Part shown: piece after piece, positions 1 to 12,827 of the stretch
How positions within the stretch are numbered: position 1 is the first letter of the stretch
How the letters are laid out: every line of letters begins with the position of its first letter
Assembly: GCA_965202585.1 (NCBI GenBank)
Contig: OZ241826.1
Coordinates: 99,324,001-99,388,000 of the forward strand
Direction: 5' to 3'
From: Thalia democratica
Taxonomy: Eukaryota
Length of the DNA stretch: 64,000 bases
Notes under the pieces: model-generated
Seen by the model: the letters and a program-made list of their open reading frames with translations, nothing else
The model's database searches: none
What the model was told of the DNA's origin: nothing
Position numbers and translations under genes: made by a program

Positions 1-888
1 TTAAATTGTGAATGTCTTTTAAATGAGTATCACCAAGGTATTTTTAAATTCGTTAAAAATTTAGTTATTTTAGTATTTATAAGTTCGAGATTAAAGGGAC
101 AGGTGAAAAAATTAGTCATGATGTAACACACTCAATTTTGTCCAGAAATCAATTACCCTTGCAAACGGTAGGGTTAGAAATTGAAGTTATATACCTTAAG
201 AAAACTTTTAGAAAATAATTCAGAGTTTCCACTGAAAATTCAGAAAAATTCTAGGAGAGTGATATTAACTAAAATAATTATGATAGACAACTTGATTTTT
301 TAGAAAAAAAATTATACCTTATTAAGTTTTACTCAAGTTTGAAAGGTTTTTACAAACCATGCATACAAAATATTTTTATATATTTTATGAGTGCACGACT
401 ATTCGAACTCGAACAATTCAAATTCCTACAATTCAAATTCAAAAGGAAAAATGAAAGGGCCACTACTAAAAAAGTAATGTATATTTGTCAAATGTAAAAA
501 ATACATATTTAGGTCTTATTAATATCTACAAGGCATGTTTTTCTTTTTGTAAAACATTAAATATTTTTTGAGATATGGCTTAAATAAAGTAAAAAAAAGT
601 TATTTTTAGTAATTTTAAAATATCTTTAAACATATTTAAGATCTTGCAAAATATAAAAAAAATGTTTGTAGATATTAATAAGATCTACATATGTTTTTTT
701 TTCAAACTTATATTACTTATGAGATTTAGTCTTTCAAATATTTTCTCAAGAATTTTAATTTTCGGAATCTGATTTGTCCGAATTTGAACTGTCATGTAAC
801 CATATTTTATGATCATGTTGTGTTAACAAAAACTTATTTATATACTCAGTACAGATTGTTAGAGTTAAAAAATGAGTTTATTAAAACA

Positions 889-1880
889 CAGTGGGTCACT
901 AGTTTTTGAGAAATTTATTCCAGAATTTTGAAAGTAAACATTTTTGGGTTTATTTAAAACTAAAGTTAAGGTTAAAAACTGTGTCAAGTAGTATAACAAC
1001 ATTAAATAGATATTGTTAAGTTGCTTAAAACTTCTTAAAAAAAAAGCTTTTGATGATGTCAACATTTTTTTATCTATATGAAATATTTTTCATGTCAAAC
1101 CAAAACTTTACTACTTAAGGGCATAGAGGGATCTACCTTGATTTTTACAAGTTGATCTTATCTTATAGAGTTTTATCTGAGCTCTCAGACATTTTGAACC
1201 ACTTAAAAAAATTCAAAGTAATTTTTAAGATATGAGCGATCAAAGTTGGTGACCTCAATAGGTTTCTAATAGAAGGTGCAAACTAAAAACGCAAAAAAAG
1301 ACAATTTCACTAAAAAACAATCTTTCTTCATTTTTTCAGTAATCTTCTTAAAACTTTCACAAAAAGTCTAAAAAAAATTTTTAGTAAGATTGAAGGCAGG
1401 AATTTTTCTAATTTTGAAAGTAAAATTTTTATTATAAAAAAATCATCTGTTTTTTTCGATTTGAAACTTTTGTTTTTTAGTATTTTCAAAATCGCAACAT
1501 TCAAAGTCTTTTTAACTATAAAAGGAATATTTTCTAAAAATTTGAGGTCTCTAGCTCAAAAATGAAGGAGAAAATAGATACATAGTGATTTTTTAAACTT
1601 TTGAAAAAATTAACCCAGAAAAGTTTGTAGTCCGTAGTAAAAACTTTTTATAAAAATTACAGTATCTCAAAAGTTAATAAGATTTTTTATTACTATAAAA
1701 ACTAGTTTGTAGTTTGTACTTAAAGCTTTCATATAAGGTCTAATATTATTTTAAGTAAAAAAAAAATTTGCACTTCCCTATGCCTTTAAAATGTAAAATT
1801 GTTTAAAATTCCAATTTTTCTAGTGATTTGTTTTGAAAATTCCAGGTTTTTCCAGGATTCAAGGTTTTTTAGCCACTCTG
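889..1880. mobile_element. hAT-like MITE (CAGGGTGGCCAC family, ~370 bp) interrupted by a nested Kolobok-like element
   Basis: Both ends align to the reverse complement of the 50041-50411 element (left cagtgggtcactagttttt, right ttccaggtttttccaggattcaagg...agccactctg). No clear TSD. Confidence 0.7.
1119..1785. mobile_element. Kolobok-like non-autonomous DNA transposon
   Basis: TIRs gggcatagaggg / ttccctatgcct, flanked by TTAA at 1115-1118 and 1786-1789. Purine-purine termini with a TTAA TSD are Kolobok hallmarks. Same family as 19570-19848 and 41555-41917. Confidence 0.75.
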
Positions 1881-2483
1881 TCAAAAGTGTATTTTAATGT
1901 TTTACTTAATTTCAATAATAACTTACCAATTTGGTTAACATTCCATACCACCGTTTTTAAATTTTTTATATAATAATTCGGGTGGCTATAAATTTTGTAG
2001 AAATTTCTTCCAAGTTATCTGATTTTGTTCCACACTTTATTTTTGAAGTACAAGTTTAATTGTTGAACTAAAATAGGCAATATTGTAACTACAAGTAGAA
2101 TTTAAAAACAATTACATATATCACTTCTATATCAAGATAGATTCCTTCTATTTATTTTTTTGTATAAAAATATTTTTCAAAGACTGTTCTTTTGTAACAG
2201 TTAAAAACTTATAATTATAAACTAATATATTTACCAAAAATTAAATTTTTCTAACTTCATACAAAGTTTGTTTTAAATATAAGTCCATAAGCAACCAAAG
2301 AAAAAGCACATTTTCAATCTATAATTTAACATTTATTAAGAAAGAAAGAAAAAAGAAAACTGTGAGGCTCACAACTAAGGTCGATGGATTGGTGTGCAGA
2401 AAGACTTTTCAGTCATGAGCTGTGCACCATTTGATTGTAACTAATACTTTGAGATAAATTAAAAAATATATAAAAATAAAATA

Positions 2484-2868
2484 CAAGGTTGCCACTCTTT
2501 TTTCTTTTTTTTTTTGGTTTTCCAAATTTCTTCTAGGTTTTTTAAAGTACACATTTTTCGGTCTTTTTTAGTTTAAAATTAAGTTTGTGGTAACAAACTG
2601 TGTTAAATAGCATAAAAACATTGAAAAGATACTGTACAGGTACTTTTTATGTTTTTTGATAAAAAAATTTTGATGATGAAAAAAACTTTTAATTCATATA
2701 ATAGATTTTGTGAGTCAAATCGAAATTTTATTACTGAACATATTAAATTGTTAAAATTCAATATTTTTCCAGGTTTTTCTCAAAATTATCTAAACTACAG
2801 GTTTTTTTTTTTGCTTAAATAATCAAATTCTAGGTTTATCCAGAATTCCAGGTAAAGTTGCAAACCTG
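2484..2868. mobile_element. hAT-like MITE with 6-bp TSD
   Basis: TIRs caaggttgccact / agttgcaaacctg. Perfect AAAATA at 2478-2483 and 2869-2874. Interior matches the reverse complement of 50041-50411. Confidence 0.8.
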
Positions 2869-4176
2869 AAAATAAACAATAAACTTAAAAAGTAATTTTA
2901 TACACAATAAAAAAATGGTAAGCACCCTTTTTAACCCATTACTGCAAACATTAACTATGAAAAGCATAGTCTACCATGGGCTCCACCCACACTGTCTGCT
3001 ACCCTAGATTTTTAGTTTTATAATCATTTAAACTTTTCTTGTTGCTCTTTTTATGAGAGCAGCCAAAAAACTGCAACTAATAACTCAAAATTAAATAAGA
3101 GGAAAGAATAGGTAGTGTCACTACAATAAAACATTTAGCATAATCATAATACTGTAAGAGCACCATGTATTCAAATAGTGTCTATAAATTTTTGTATATG
3201 TAGGTAGGTAAAAATTTAAAATACTTGCATAACTGTTTTATTGATTTGTAGACTTGTTTTACTGATTAAAAAAATTAATAAGTTCAATTTGCATATAATT
3301 TGGTTTAATTTAAGTAAATTAAATGAAACAACATTTAAAAAAATGTTTCAAGTGAAAAAATTAGTTTAAAAATTTGCTTTTTCACGTTGCTTATGGATCA
3401 ATATTTTAGAAATTTTTGTTTTAAGTTTAAAAAATCAATTTTTGAGAAATAACTCGTACAAGATGAAATGATAAAATACTTTCTATCAAAAAGAATAGAT
3501 TTTGAAGATGTAGTATATAAAAATAGTTAAATAAAAATTAAGGAAACTAATTTGTTTTGAAAGTTATTGAATTTTTCAACTAATATACTAATTAATTGAA
3601 CTATTTGATAACTTTCTTTATTGTGAAAAAAAAAATCAGTCTCAAGCTCTACCATATTTTATTGGAATTGTTTTTATTATTTTATACAAATAAATAAGAT
3701 TATCATTTACTTAACCTTCTAATAACAGCTTTAAATCAGTTTTCTAAATTTTCAAAATTGATTGTAATAATTTTACTTATATTATTGAACAAGACCTTTA
3801 AAAAATATACTATAAGTTCAGACAACATAAACTTCATAATTAACATATTTTTTACTATTATACTTTTTTATTTCCTGTTTATTAGTTATTAATGTTGTTT
3901 TAATTTATGTGATAGGTTGTTTTAAAGCATAAAACTATTTTTGTTGAGCTAAATGTTATATAAATAGTCATCATAGAATAAAAAGTTTTTTAAGGTTTTA
4001 AAAAAGGGGGTTTTTATTTTTAACTGTAATATTTTTTACATAAGCTTATAGTGTAAAATCACTTTTAGCTATAATTTGATGGCTAAAAGCTTACTTATTG
4101 CTACCTTCGAAAAAAAACATTTATTTACAAAGATTTATGGCTTTATAGCTACTTATGGGAACTGTGTCGACCCCTG

Positions 4177-6627
4177 TTCTACTAAGATAAGATTTTTTAT
4201 ATCTTTATCATTTATTCTCTGCGTAACTTAAAACGAGGTTTGTGTGTTTGAATAGAAAAATAAATTGAGTGCTCATAAAAATATCATTGATAGAAAATTC
4301 ACTTTATATAAAAAAATATATTAGATTTTAATCAAAACAAAAATTAAAAAGCATTTAATGTAAATTGTCAAAAAAGACTTTACTGTGATATATTATAAAA
4401 GTAGATCTTTTTTCTTAGCAGTAAACCATTAACTAAAACACTACAAAAGACCTCATATTATAACAAATAAAGACCAGACTGAGAAATATTCTAAAAAAAA
4501 TTATTTCATTAAATTGTGTAAATTGATTATAGAATATATAATGTAATTTTAGTTATTTTTTTTTATCTTTTGTCTTCGTTTGAGGTTAGAATTATTTGCT
4601 GAAGGTTTTATTTTAATAAACTTAACTATAACAATTTATTATTGTTTATTATAGTGTAATAAATTAGTAAATAAATTAGTAAATTAAAATAAATGAATTA
4701 AAAGCTAACATTTATTGTTTAAGGAATAAGCTTGCATTTTATTAGAATTAATAATAAAACCAATTGTCAAATTCAAAAGTCTATATAAAATTAGTAGCAT
4801 AGCATTTTTATACAAAGTTGCTATTGTTTAAACTTAGTAGTATGTGTTTTTTTTTTAATGATTTTTCAGTTACACAAATTAATAATGCTGACCCCGATAA
4901 GAGTTATATACTTGTAAAAGTGTTTTTAAGTTCGTTTTTAAATTTGATTTTGTTTGCTAAGAATATCATACTTTTGTTATATCAATAAAAATAAAAATTT
5001 TCATAAAAAACATGTCAATTTGATGATGTTTTGCCATCTTACTCGTGATTAAACCTCACCGGGTGGTATGTTATTACCACCCAGTATGGGCTTAATCAAG
5101 AGCATGATGCAAAGTGTATTGACACTTTAGTGACTGTCATGGGGATCGAACCCACAGCCACTGGATGACCAGCACAACGACCTAACTAACCAAGCTAAGC
5201 TGCCACTTATTTGTTAACACCTAAACGAGGTTATAAACTCAAGTAGTTCATACTAATGAGAAAATTATCAAATTAAGGAGAAATAAAAGAGCTAAGTTTT
5301 TAAAGTAATTTAACATAATAACAACAAACAAAAAAGATTTATTTTAAAAATTAATTGATATAATATAAATTGTTAATATAAAGAGTTGTCAAAACGTTAT
5401 ATAAAGTAAAATCTAAATATGATACATTCAGAAATAATTCTATACTACAAACACAGAAACAAATTTGGTTACAGTTTTTAAGAGTTTTATTTTATACTGT
5501 AACATTAACAAAAATCATATTATTCAAACTTCTAAATCTATACTATGAAAAATATTAATTATATCTTAAGAAATATTAAAGTAAGACAATTTTATATGAA
5601 ATACCTCTTTTGAGTTATTAAAAAGCACAACAAAATACTAATTTACACTTATTTGTTTGTTCAACTTTATTTGTACTATGAAATGACATAACAGCTCATC
5701 ACATAAAAAAGCTTCATAAATTGAATTGAAAACATTAATTTGTTAAGGTAAACATTTATTGTATGAACTAGGTGAGTTAATTATATTTTTCATTAGAAAT
5801 TAGATTAAACAGTACTCTAAAAAACTAAAATTAAAAATTAAAGCTTTTTTTTTACAGTTCTGATAAACTATAGTTACTTTACATATTCGCTAAAATATAT
5901 TTTCCTTGAAGTTAAATTTATAACTCTCAAAATTTATGTTTTTATCTCAATATAGTTAGTAAATAAGAGGTTTATAGCTTAGTATCCGTAACGTCCTTTT
6001 GTACTAAAGGTTAGTATACCAATTATTTCATTAACTTTTGTCAAGTTTAATAAAAAATTTGTTGTTAAATTTGGTATGGACAAAAATTTATTTTTATTTA
6101 AAAAAAAAGTGGCTCAAAGTTTTATTATAGTTAGTTCTTAAAAGCTTAAAAATATAAAAGATTCAAGTAAAGTTTTTTTTAACCAAAGTAATAGTTTTAA
6201 AACAATATTTATTATGCTATTAGTCAAATGTATAAAAACTTAAATAAATAAAATTATAAAACAATTTGTTAAAATTATAGTTTTTTTATGACAAAATGTT
6301 TATTTTATTCTTTTAAACAAACTATTACAATTCTGTAAAAGAGCATTATAATATTGACTGTCACAATTTAAAATAATCGACAAAAGTTTTTGTTATAGTT
6401 AAGTTGTATTAAAGTGCAACCTTTTTCTTTAAAGGATGCTTTAGTATTAAAGGAAGCAAACATTATTTTTTCTGAATATTAAATGTTTTAGTTGATTTAA
6501 AAGAAGCATTTTTTAGGTTGCAAAGAAGTTTACTAGACTTTAGATCAGGGTTTTTTCAAACTGTTTTAGAACGGCTCCCTTAAAAGAAATAAAAAAATAT
6601 ATGGCCCCTCCGACAAGATTTCTCTAA
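4177..6627 (+). repeat. Third, partial copy of the segmental duplication (block X)
   Basis: Colinear with 35196-37938 (roughly 80% identity by eye) and with 63499-64000. Includes the same SINE and the same MITE start. Confidence 0.9.
5042..5204 (-). mobile_element. tRNA-Ile-derived SINE-like element
   Basis: 74-nt head (5204-5131) with A-box TAGCTTGGTTAG and B-box GGTTCGATCCC, gap-free similarity to tRNA-Ile, broken acceptor and anticodon stems, and a stem-loop tail. Confidence 0.8.
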
Positions 6628-6812
6628 TAACTTCTATTAAAAAATTTAATGTTGATTTTTTTGAAGCTCATTATAACTCCAGAACACCATTTCAAGTTTT
6701 ACTTAATGACCTCATTCCTCTCCTCTCCCCTTTACCCTTTGTTGCTCATGGGTCCCTAAAACTTCTGTAATGTCCTTCAAATGAGTCACTTAGTCCACTT
6801 TGGGTAAATTTT
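6546..6812. mobile_element. Degenerate hAT (Charlie/Buster-like) MITE
   Basis: Left end cagggttttttcaaactg. Candidate TSD ctttagat / ctctaggt (6/8 match). Right TIR poorly preserved. Confidence 0.45.
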
Positions 6813-8555
6813 CTCTAGGTAAGTGTTATTTAATCCTCATTTTTAAATTTAGAGATACAAAAGACTTTAAAAAAAGACTGAAAAATTTACAAATTGTTAT
6901 AATACAACAAATAGTTTTAAAAGTTAGTATTAATTTAGGTTAAAAAGAGTAGATTGAAAATTTATTACATAAATGGAAAGAAAATATAATTTTGTTTAAG
7001 TTTAAAAAAAAAACGAAATTAGATATAAATCGAATTAATAAAGTTAGTTAATTATTTAAAAAGAAAAAGCTTTTCTAGCTACCTTTTTTTTGAATGTTTT
7101 TCTTAGATTGTATTTTAAACCGGTTAATAGGTTTTGCATATCTGATGACTTTTAAAAGTTTAATATAAATAAAAAAATTAAATATGAAAAAAAATTTAGT
7201 TATGATATTTTGCTATAAAAATTAATTAAACTTTAAAAATATAATTAAAACGTAAGACTTTGAAAAAAAAACCAAATTCTTGTAAACTTAATTTAAAGAT
7301 TCAGTTAAAGTTCGGAAAAGTTTTATTTGTTTTGCATTTTTTTTTGTTAAATTTCGGATGTTTCTACTTATACAAATATTTAAAAAAAGAAGCTTTATAA
7401 AATATTCTCATTTACTTATTTACTAGAAAAATAATAGAAATATAGTTCATTGCTTACTTTTTTAAACGTTTAAAATCTATAAGTATCGATATATTAATAT
7501 ATATATAACAATAAAAATAATTAAAATTATAAATAAAAACACGCTAATGTTTTAATATAATTGTTAGGAGCTTGATTTAATTTTTTTTTTTAACATTTTT
7601 TCATAAAGTTTATAAAGCAATTTGTAATATGATATACAAAAATAAATGTTTTTACTCGATCAATTTTTCATGGATTCTTCACAAATGTCTTTTTAAAAAA
7701 TACTTAAAGTAAAGCTTCAAGTATAAGCAAAACAACAAATTAGAAAAAAATATTTTTTAAAATTTTTGTTATAGTATTTATTATTTTTAGTTCAAAAATT
7801 ATACTAAAATTACGTTTTTAAATTATTCTGCTTATTTTGGGTGGACTCAAATATAGTTTTTTTTTTTTGAGCCAATCAGAACAAAGCTGCTAAAGCTGCT
7901 TTTATTTTTCAAAAGAACAAATATTTACCTTGTTTTGATATTCAATACTACAAAGAAGATAAGCTACACTTCAAATTAAAACATTAATAATAAAAATAGT
8001 AACGGGTCAAAATTGCACGAAGACAAAATTGAACGAGTGAAGTTTTGCACGAGAGTAAAAAAAAAGAAAGAAAAAAAAAAAAAAAAGCTACTGATTGAGG
8101 GTAAAGGTTAGGTGTAACATTGATAGTAAAAATAAAAAAAATAACTAATAAAAATTAAAAAAAATGAAAAATTAAAAAGCTACCTTTCGAGGGTAAGGTT
8201 TAGTGTTACAATGATAATAAAAAAAAATAATTAAATAACTAATAAAAATTATTAAAAAAAAAAGTTTTGAGTAGTGGTGCACTATACTTATGTAGATGGT
8301 TATACCTAGTATTAAATTTATTATGAATGTTTGTTTGAAAAATGTTACTTTAAAGTTAGTTTGAAAAGATTACAATAAAAAACTAGTTTTCAATCCACCC
8401 CTTATTTTAACAACATTTATACAAGTTGCAATTTAGGGACTTAACTCTGCAATAAGCTGATTGAAAATAAGAATAAAAATGAGCATAAAGTTAAAAAAAT
8501 AGGCAAATTTATCAATTTTTCAAAAAACACAAAACTTTAATGTCAATATATACTA

Positions 8556-9794
8556 CAGTAACCTCTCGCTTATTTACGCACATTGTTTCCACAGAAAAAG
8601 TGCGTAAAGATATGAGAGATCGTAAAGATACGAGAGGTACCAAATATATTTACTATAATGACTGTTTTTTGATATTGCTTCTAATTAAAAGCAGACTGGG
8701 CATTTTCCTACTTTTAACAATTTTTTACATTATTTATAATTATAAAAAGAAAAAAAAAAACTACACATATTTCAAAACAAAAAAAAAGGTTTAATTTTAT
8801 ATAAGATAATAATACTTGTAGAAAAATTTTACTCATTTTAATAATAACTAGATTTTATCCTTATCTTAATTTATATATGCCTTATTTGACACTTAACATT
8901 TATATTCTATTCTACTTGGCATATTTAGTTTACAATTAAGCACTTGTTTACAATTAAGAAATGGTGTGGTGTCTATAATAAAACTTGTTTCTATAGCCTT
9001 TTACAAAAATATGCATTAGGTGTTATAATGGATTTCTTCTTTTCAACAAAAGTATGAGTAAAATGTTTGATAAAAGTTGTTTATTTTACTACAACTTTTT
9101 TTAATTTGACCTTTGACTACATAAGGATACACTTGTCTTGCATTGAATTAAAGATATATTAATTAATTTTTGAGTAGGAATTAAATTTCATGCCATAAGA
9201 ATTTGAGGAATTGAAAATAATTTTATCTATTGAAAGGTACAAAAAAAGGGGTGTTAAGACAACTAAGCTATAAAGGTCAAAGCCATAAAGTACAACAGGC
9301 TCCTTATGGAAAGCATGAACTAAACATTTAAAATTAGTGATATGTTTACTAAAAAAACAATTGAGATTTGTGTTAAGTGTCTATATTTATTTAGTATAAT
9401 TGCTATTTTTTGCTAGAAGTTTCATAAGATTTCATACATAGGCCAAGAATGCTGTACTATTTATTTAATTTTAAACTCTATTTATTTCATTAAACTTTCA
9501 TTATTTAACAAAGTCATATTTCTTTCAGAATTTTAATTTAATCTTATACTGTTAACAAAATTTCTGATATACTGAGGTATAAATAAATGTTTATCAATTA
9601 GTCAAGAAACATAAGTTTACAAAGTTTAAAGATATAAAGAGATTAGTTAGCATTTAAAAACATATTTTAAACTTAAAGATATACAATAAAACTAATTTGT
9701 GCAATATTAAAAAAAATATTTTTTGAATTTTAAAATGCGTAACTAAACGAGAGTGCGTAACGTCACGAGTACGTAAAGATGCGAGAGGTTACTG
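8556..9794. mobile_element. Tc1/mariner (pogo/Tigger-like) non-autonomous element
   Basis: TIRs cagtaacctctcg / cgagaggttactg with TA on both sides (8554-8555, 9795-9796). Subterminal cgtaa repeats. No decodable transposase. Confidence 0.85.
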
Positions 9795-10181
9795 TACTTG
9801 CTTCTTAAACCATAAAAACTTCTGCATGGGTTAGTTTAATACAAATAAACAAGGTATTTTTCAATTTTAGAGCCTTTGAACACTTGCTTTGGGATTTAAG
9901 CTTCAAAACTGTCCCACATTTTATAGTTTTTAAAGCTGAAATTATATCCTTGTGAGTGTACTCCAAATGGAGTGTTACAAAGAGTTTTTTCAAATGTTTC
10001 AAAAGTAGTATTTTGTTTGTTTTATTTTTGGATGATTAAAGTTAAATATCAATGGACAGGTAAAATTACCAACTATTTAGCACACTCACTTTTCTCAAGA
10101 AAATGTTTGTTGTTGCAAAGAGTAGATTTAAGACTGATTGTTACACGTTGGAAAATAGGTTATCTTAGTGCAATTGATATT

Positions 10182-11703
10182 CAGGGTTGCCACTTGGTCA
10201 GGAAAGTCAGGAAAATCAAGAAAAGTTAGGAAAAATTAAAAGAAAAGGCAAAAGTCAGGAATAAATGAGGATTTAAAAAAAAAGTCAAAAAATTTGAAAA
10301 AATGTAATATTTTATCAGTTTAAATCTACAAAATTATATTTTTCAAGAGTCTTCAAGTGGTAAAAATTTAATAAAAAATACCTAAAAGTCAGACTAAAAT
10401 TGCAAAATTTTCTTAGAAATTTACAAAGTTACTTAGTTTCCAATGCCTTCAGCTTGTAAAAGTTAATAAAATGTCCTTTGTAAAACTGCAAAGTTTTTCT
10501 ATTAAAATATTGAACAACTACCTTACTTGAAAAATCAGTTATTTTATGGTTTTTAGTATTGATGATATGTAGCAAGGACTTTTAATAGTGAAACTGTGAT
10601 ATATGCACAAAAGTTTAGTTGTATTTCATTAGTTATTTGATATCTCTGATGCGGCCTTTTTTGACACTGTACCAGAGTACACTGCCTGAGATTACCTTTA
10701 TGCATGAGGATAATTTGTGATTGGTAATTAAATTCCTCTGCATCACTATCAAAGACCTGATAGTTACGAACCTCAGCCTTAACCAGTTATTCAAGGTTGA
10801 ATTGATTGATCAAGCTTTTCCAAAACCTGACCTTGATCTTGGTTGTGCTGCAACCAGTTTGCTTGCAAGTTTGAAGAAAAAGATCCAGTTGAGGAACAAA
10901 AGGTCTTAAATTTCAACAAAGTATGTAAATTTTTGTTATAAAAGCGGTTGAAAATCTTCTGAGCACAATGGCTATTCGAAGTACATTTGTAAAAAATATG
11001 TCATGCCTAAATCCACATAGCCTTGAAAATTAGTTGTCATAGTTGTTAAGCGTTTTGCCAACATTCTGCTCTCCTTAACAAAGTAAAAAAAAAATGCTCC
11101 AACTCTGAAGGTCATGCTAGCATTGAACAATTTAAAACTTTGGTAAGTTGTCCAATGATTGCAATAAAGTTCAAGAGCTTCAAGCAAAGTGTAGATCTTT
11201 TGGACCAATTCTATTTGTAAATTGTAAGTTCCTGCCAAATCTTCTCTCGGAAAGTTGTTGAAACTATAGTTTGTGTTGCACAATGACCAGGTTGAGGTAA
11301 ACAAGGGTTTAGCAATAACAAAGTTCTGCTTGAAAACAGTATGAAAGGAGAAACTATTACATCCAGAAAATAATTAGAGATAATATGTCTGCAAACAAAT
11401 TAGAACTGTATTAAGTTAGAAAATACAAGTTATTTGCAAATAGAGCTGTTTATTGCAAATACATCAATCATACTCTGATGTTTCAAGTGATGTAATGGAA
11501 GTTAGATGATTGAATTCATCAAAATAAAACTGATGTTTTAACCTGTAAAAATAGATTTAAAGCTTTATATAGTTTCAGAAGTTTGATTATGTATTTTAGA
11601 ATAAGTGTAATTTAAGAGTTTAGATTTAGAAAAGTCAGGAAAATTTTAGTAAAAAGTTACGAAAATTCAGGAAATTTTTTCAGCTTAATCCCTGGCAACA
11701 CTG
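10182..11703 (-). mobile_element. Internally deleted hAT-like transposon with transposase remnants and 6-bp TSD
   Basis: TIRs cagggttgccac / tggcaacactg. GATATT at 10176-10181 and 11704-11709. tcaggaaa subterminal repeats. Peptide remnants such as LMRPFLTLYQSTLPEITFM and QPLL*QKFTYFVEI. Confidence 0.75.
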
Positions 11704-11718
11704 GATATTACTGTAGAT

Positions 11719-11930
11719 CAGGGGTTGGCAGGTCAAAAAGGAACGTTTTTTTATGTGCTTTAAAAAACATTATCAAAGACAATTTTTTTCAACAAAAAAA
11801 ACTAGGTGATAGAATATTCTTTAAATATAACACTAAAATTTTATTTTTGTGTTTTCGAAAATATTAGTATGTTAAACTAGTTGAACAAAAATTTAAATGT
11901 GACCCGCGGGCCGCAGTTTGCCGACCCCTG
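11719..11930. mobile_element. hAT (Charlie/Buster-type) MITE, 212 bp
   Basis: TIRs caggggttggcag / gtttgccgacccctg. Perfect 8-bp TSD CTGTAGAT (11711-11718, 11931-11938). Reverse complement of the 54452-54662 element. Confidence 0.92.
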
Positions 11931-12827
11931 CTGTAGATAGACAATATTTGTGTTTTCATTTACTACTAAATTCAATAAATTTTGGACATACATTTAAACA
12001 AAAACAAAAGACCTGTTTGTTGTTTTTAGCTTTTTCATTAAGCTTTAAAAAGGGTAGCCACACTACATGAAATAAAAATTGTAATTGGATACTTTTTTTT
12101 GAATGTAACTTTCAACTAAACTGTCATGAAAAAAGTTAAAATTTTGAACAAATTTTACTGATAGAATAATGAAATTAAAAAATTATTATATTTTAATAAT
12201 ATTATTTTTTTTTGCTATTTATTTCGTCTAACATAGTTGTTGGACAGTTAAAATATAAATATTAAATGAGCATGTAAAATTACATATGATGCAACATTGT
12301 TATTGCCCTGAAAACATTATTTTTCTAAAGGGTAGAGTAACTGACATTTTTATATCATAAAAAACTGCCATTACAGTATTTTAGTTTATTATATCTAAGA
12401 AAAATTGTACTTATTAGGGACATAAAAAGTAGAGCAGTGAAACATTTGTAAGATTATCAGAAAACATTGAAGAAATTTAAAAAATACAAGTGATCAACCT
12501 GAATATAGAAACCTAAAAGGACTGGAAGTTTTAAATTTTTAAAAAACCCTGTCTATTTTGTTTTTATTTTAATTAATCTGAGGTAGGTTTCAATTTTTTA
12601 TTGCCTTTTTAATTTTATTTTTATTTACTTAACTTTGCCTAAAAGTTTCTTGTGATTAGTTTGATAGTTTTTATAGTTTTTAGCTATTTAAGCTTTTTGC
12701 TTGTTTTTTGGAATGTATTTTTTTTTTGTTTTAAAAATTGTATTTTGTTATGTTCTTTTCGTATTATTTTGGGTTTTTATTGATATTCGAGCTTGAATGT
12801 TTTTTTTTCACTTTTTAACTCACATTG

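Noticed and set aside
2930-3090. THAP-like peptide (VAVFGCS) on the minus strand
   Set aside because: The first cysteine is absent and the downstream THAP residues are not in a consistent frame.
8540-8794. AT-rich ORFs from the track (e.g. 8540-8794, 28407-28706, 29998-30291, 30763-30975, 32914-33099)
   Set aside because: Low-complexity K/F/L/I/N composition, no motifs, and frames not preserved in the paralogous copy where one exists.
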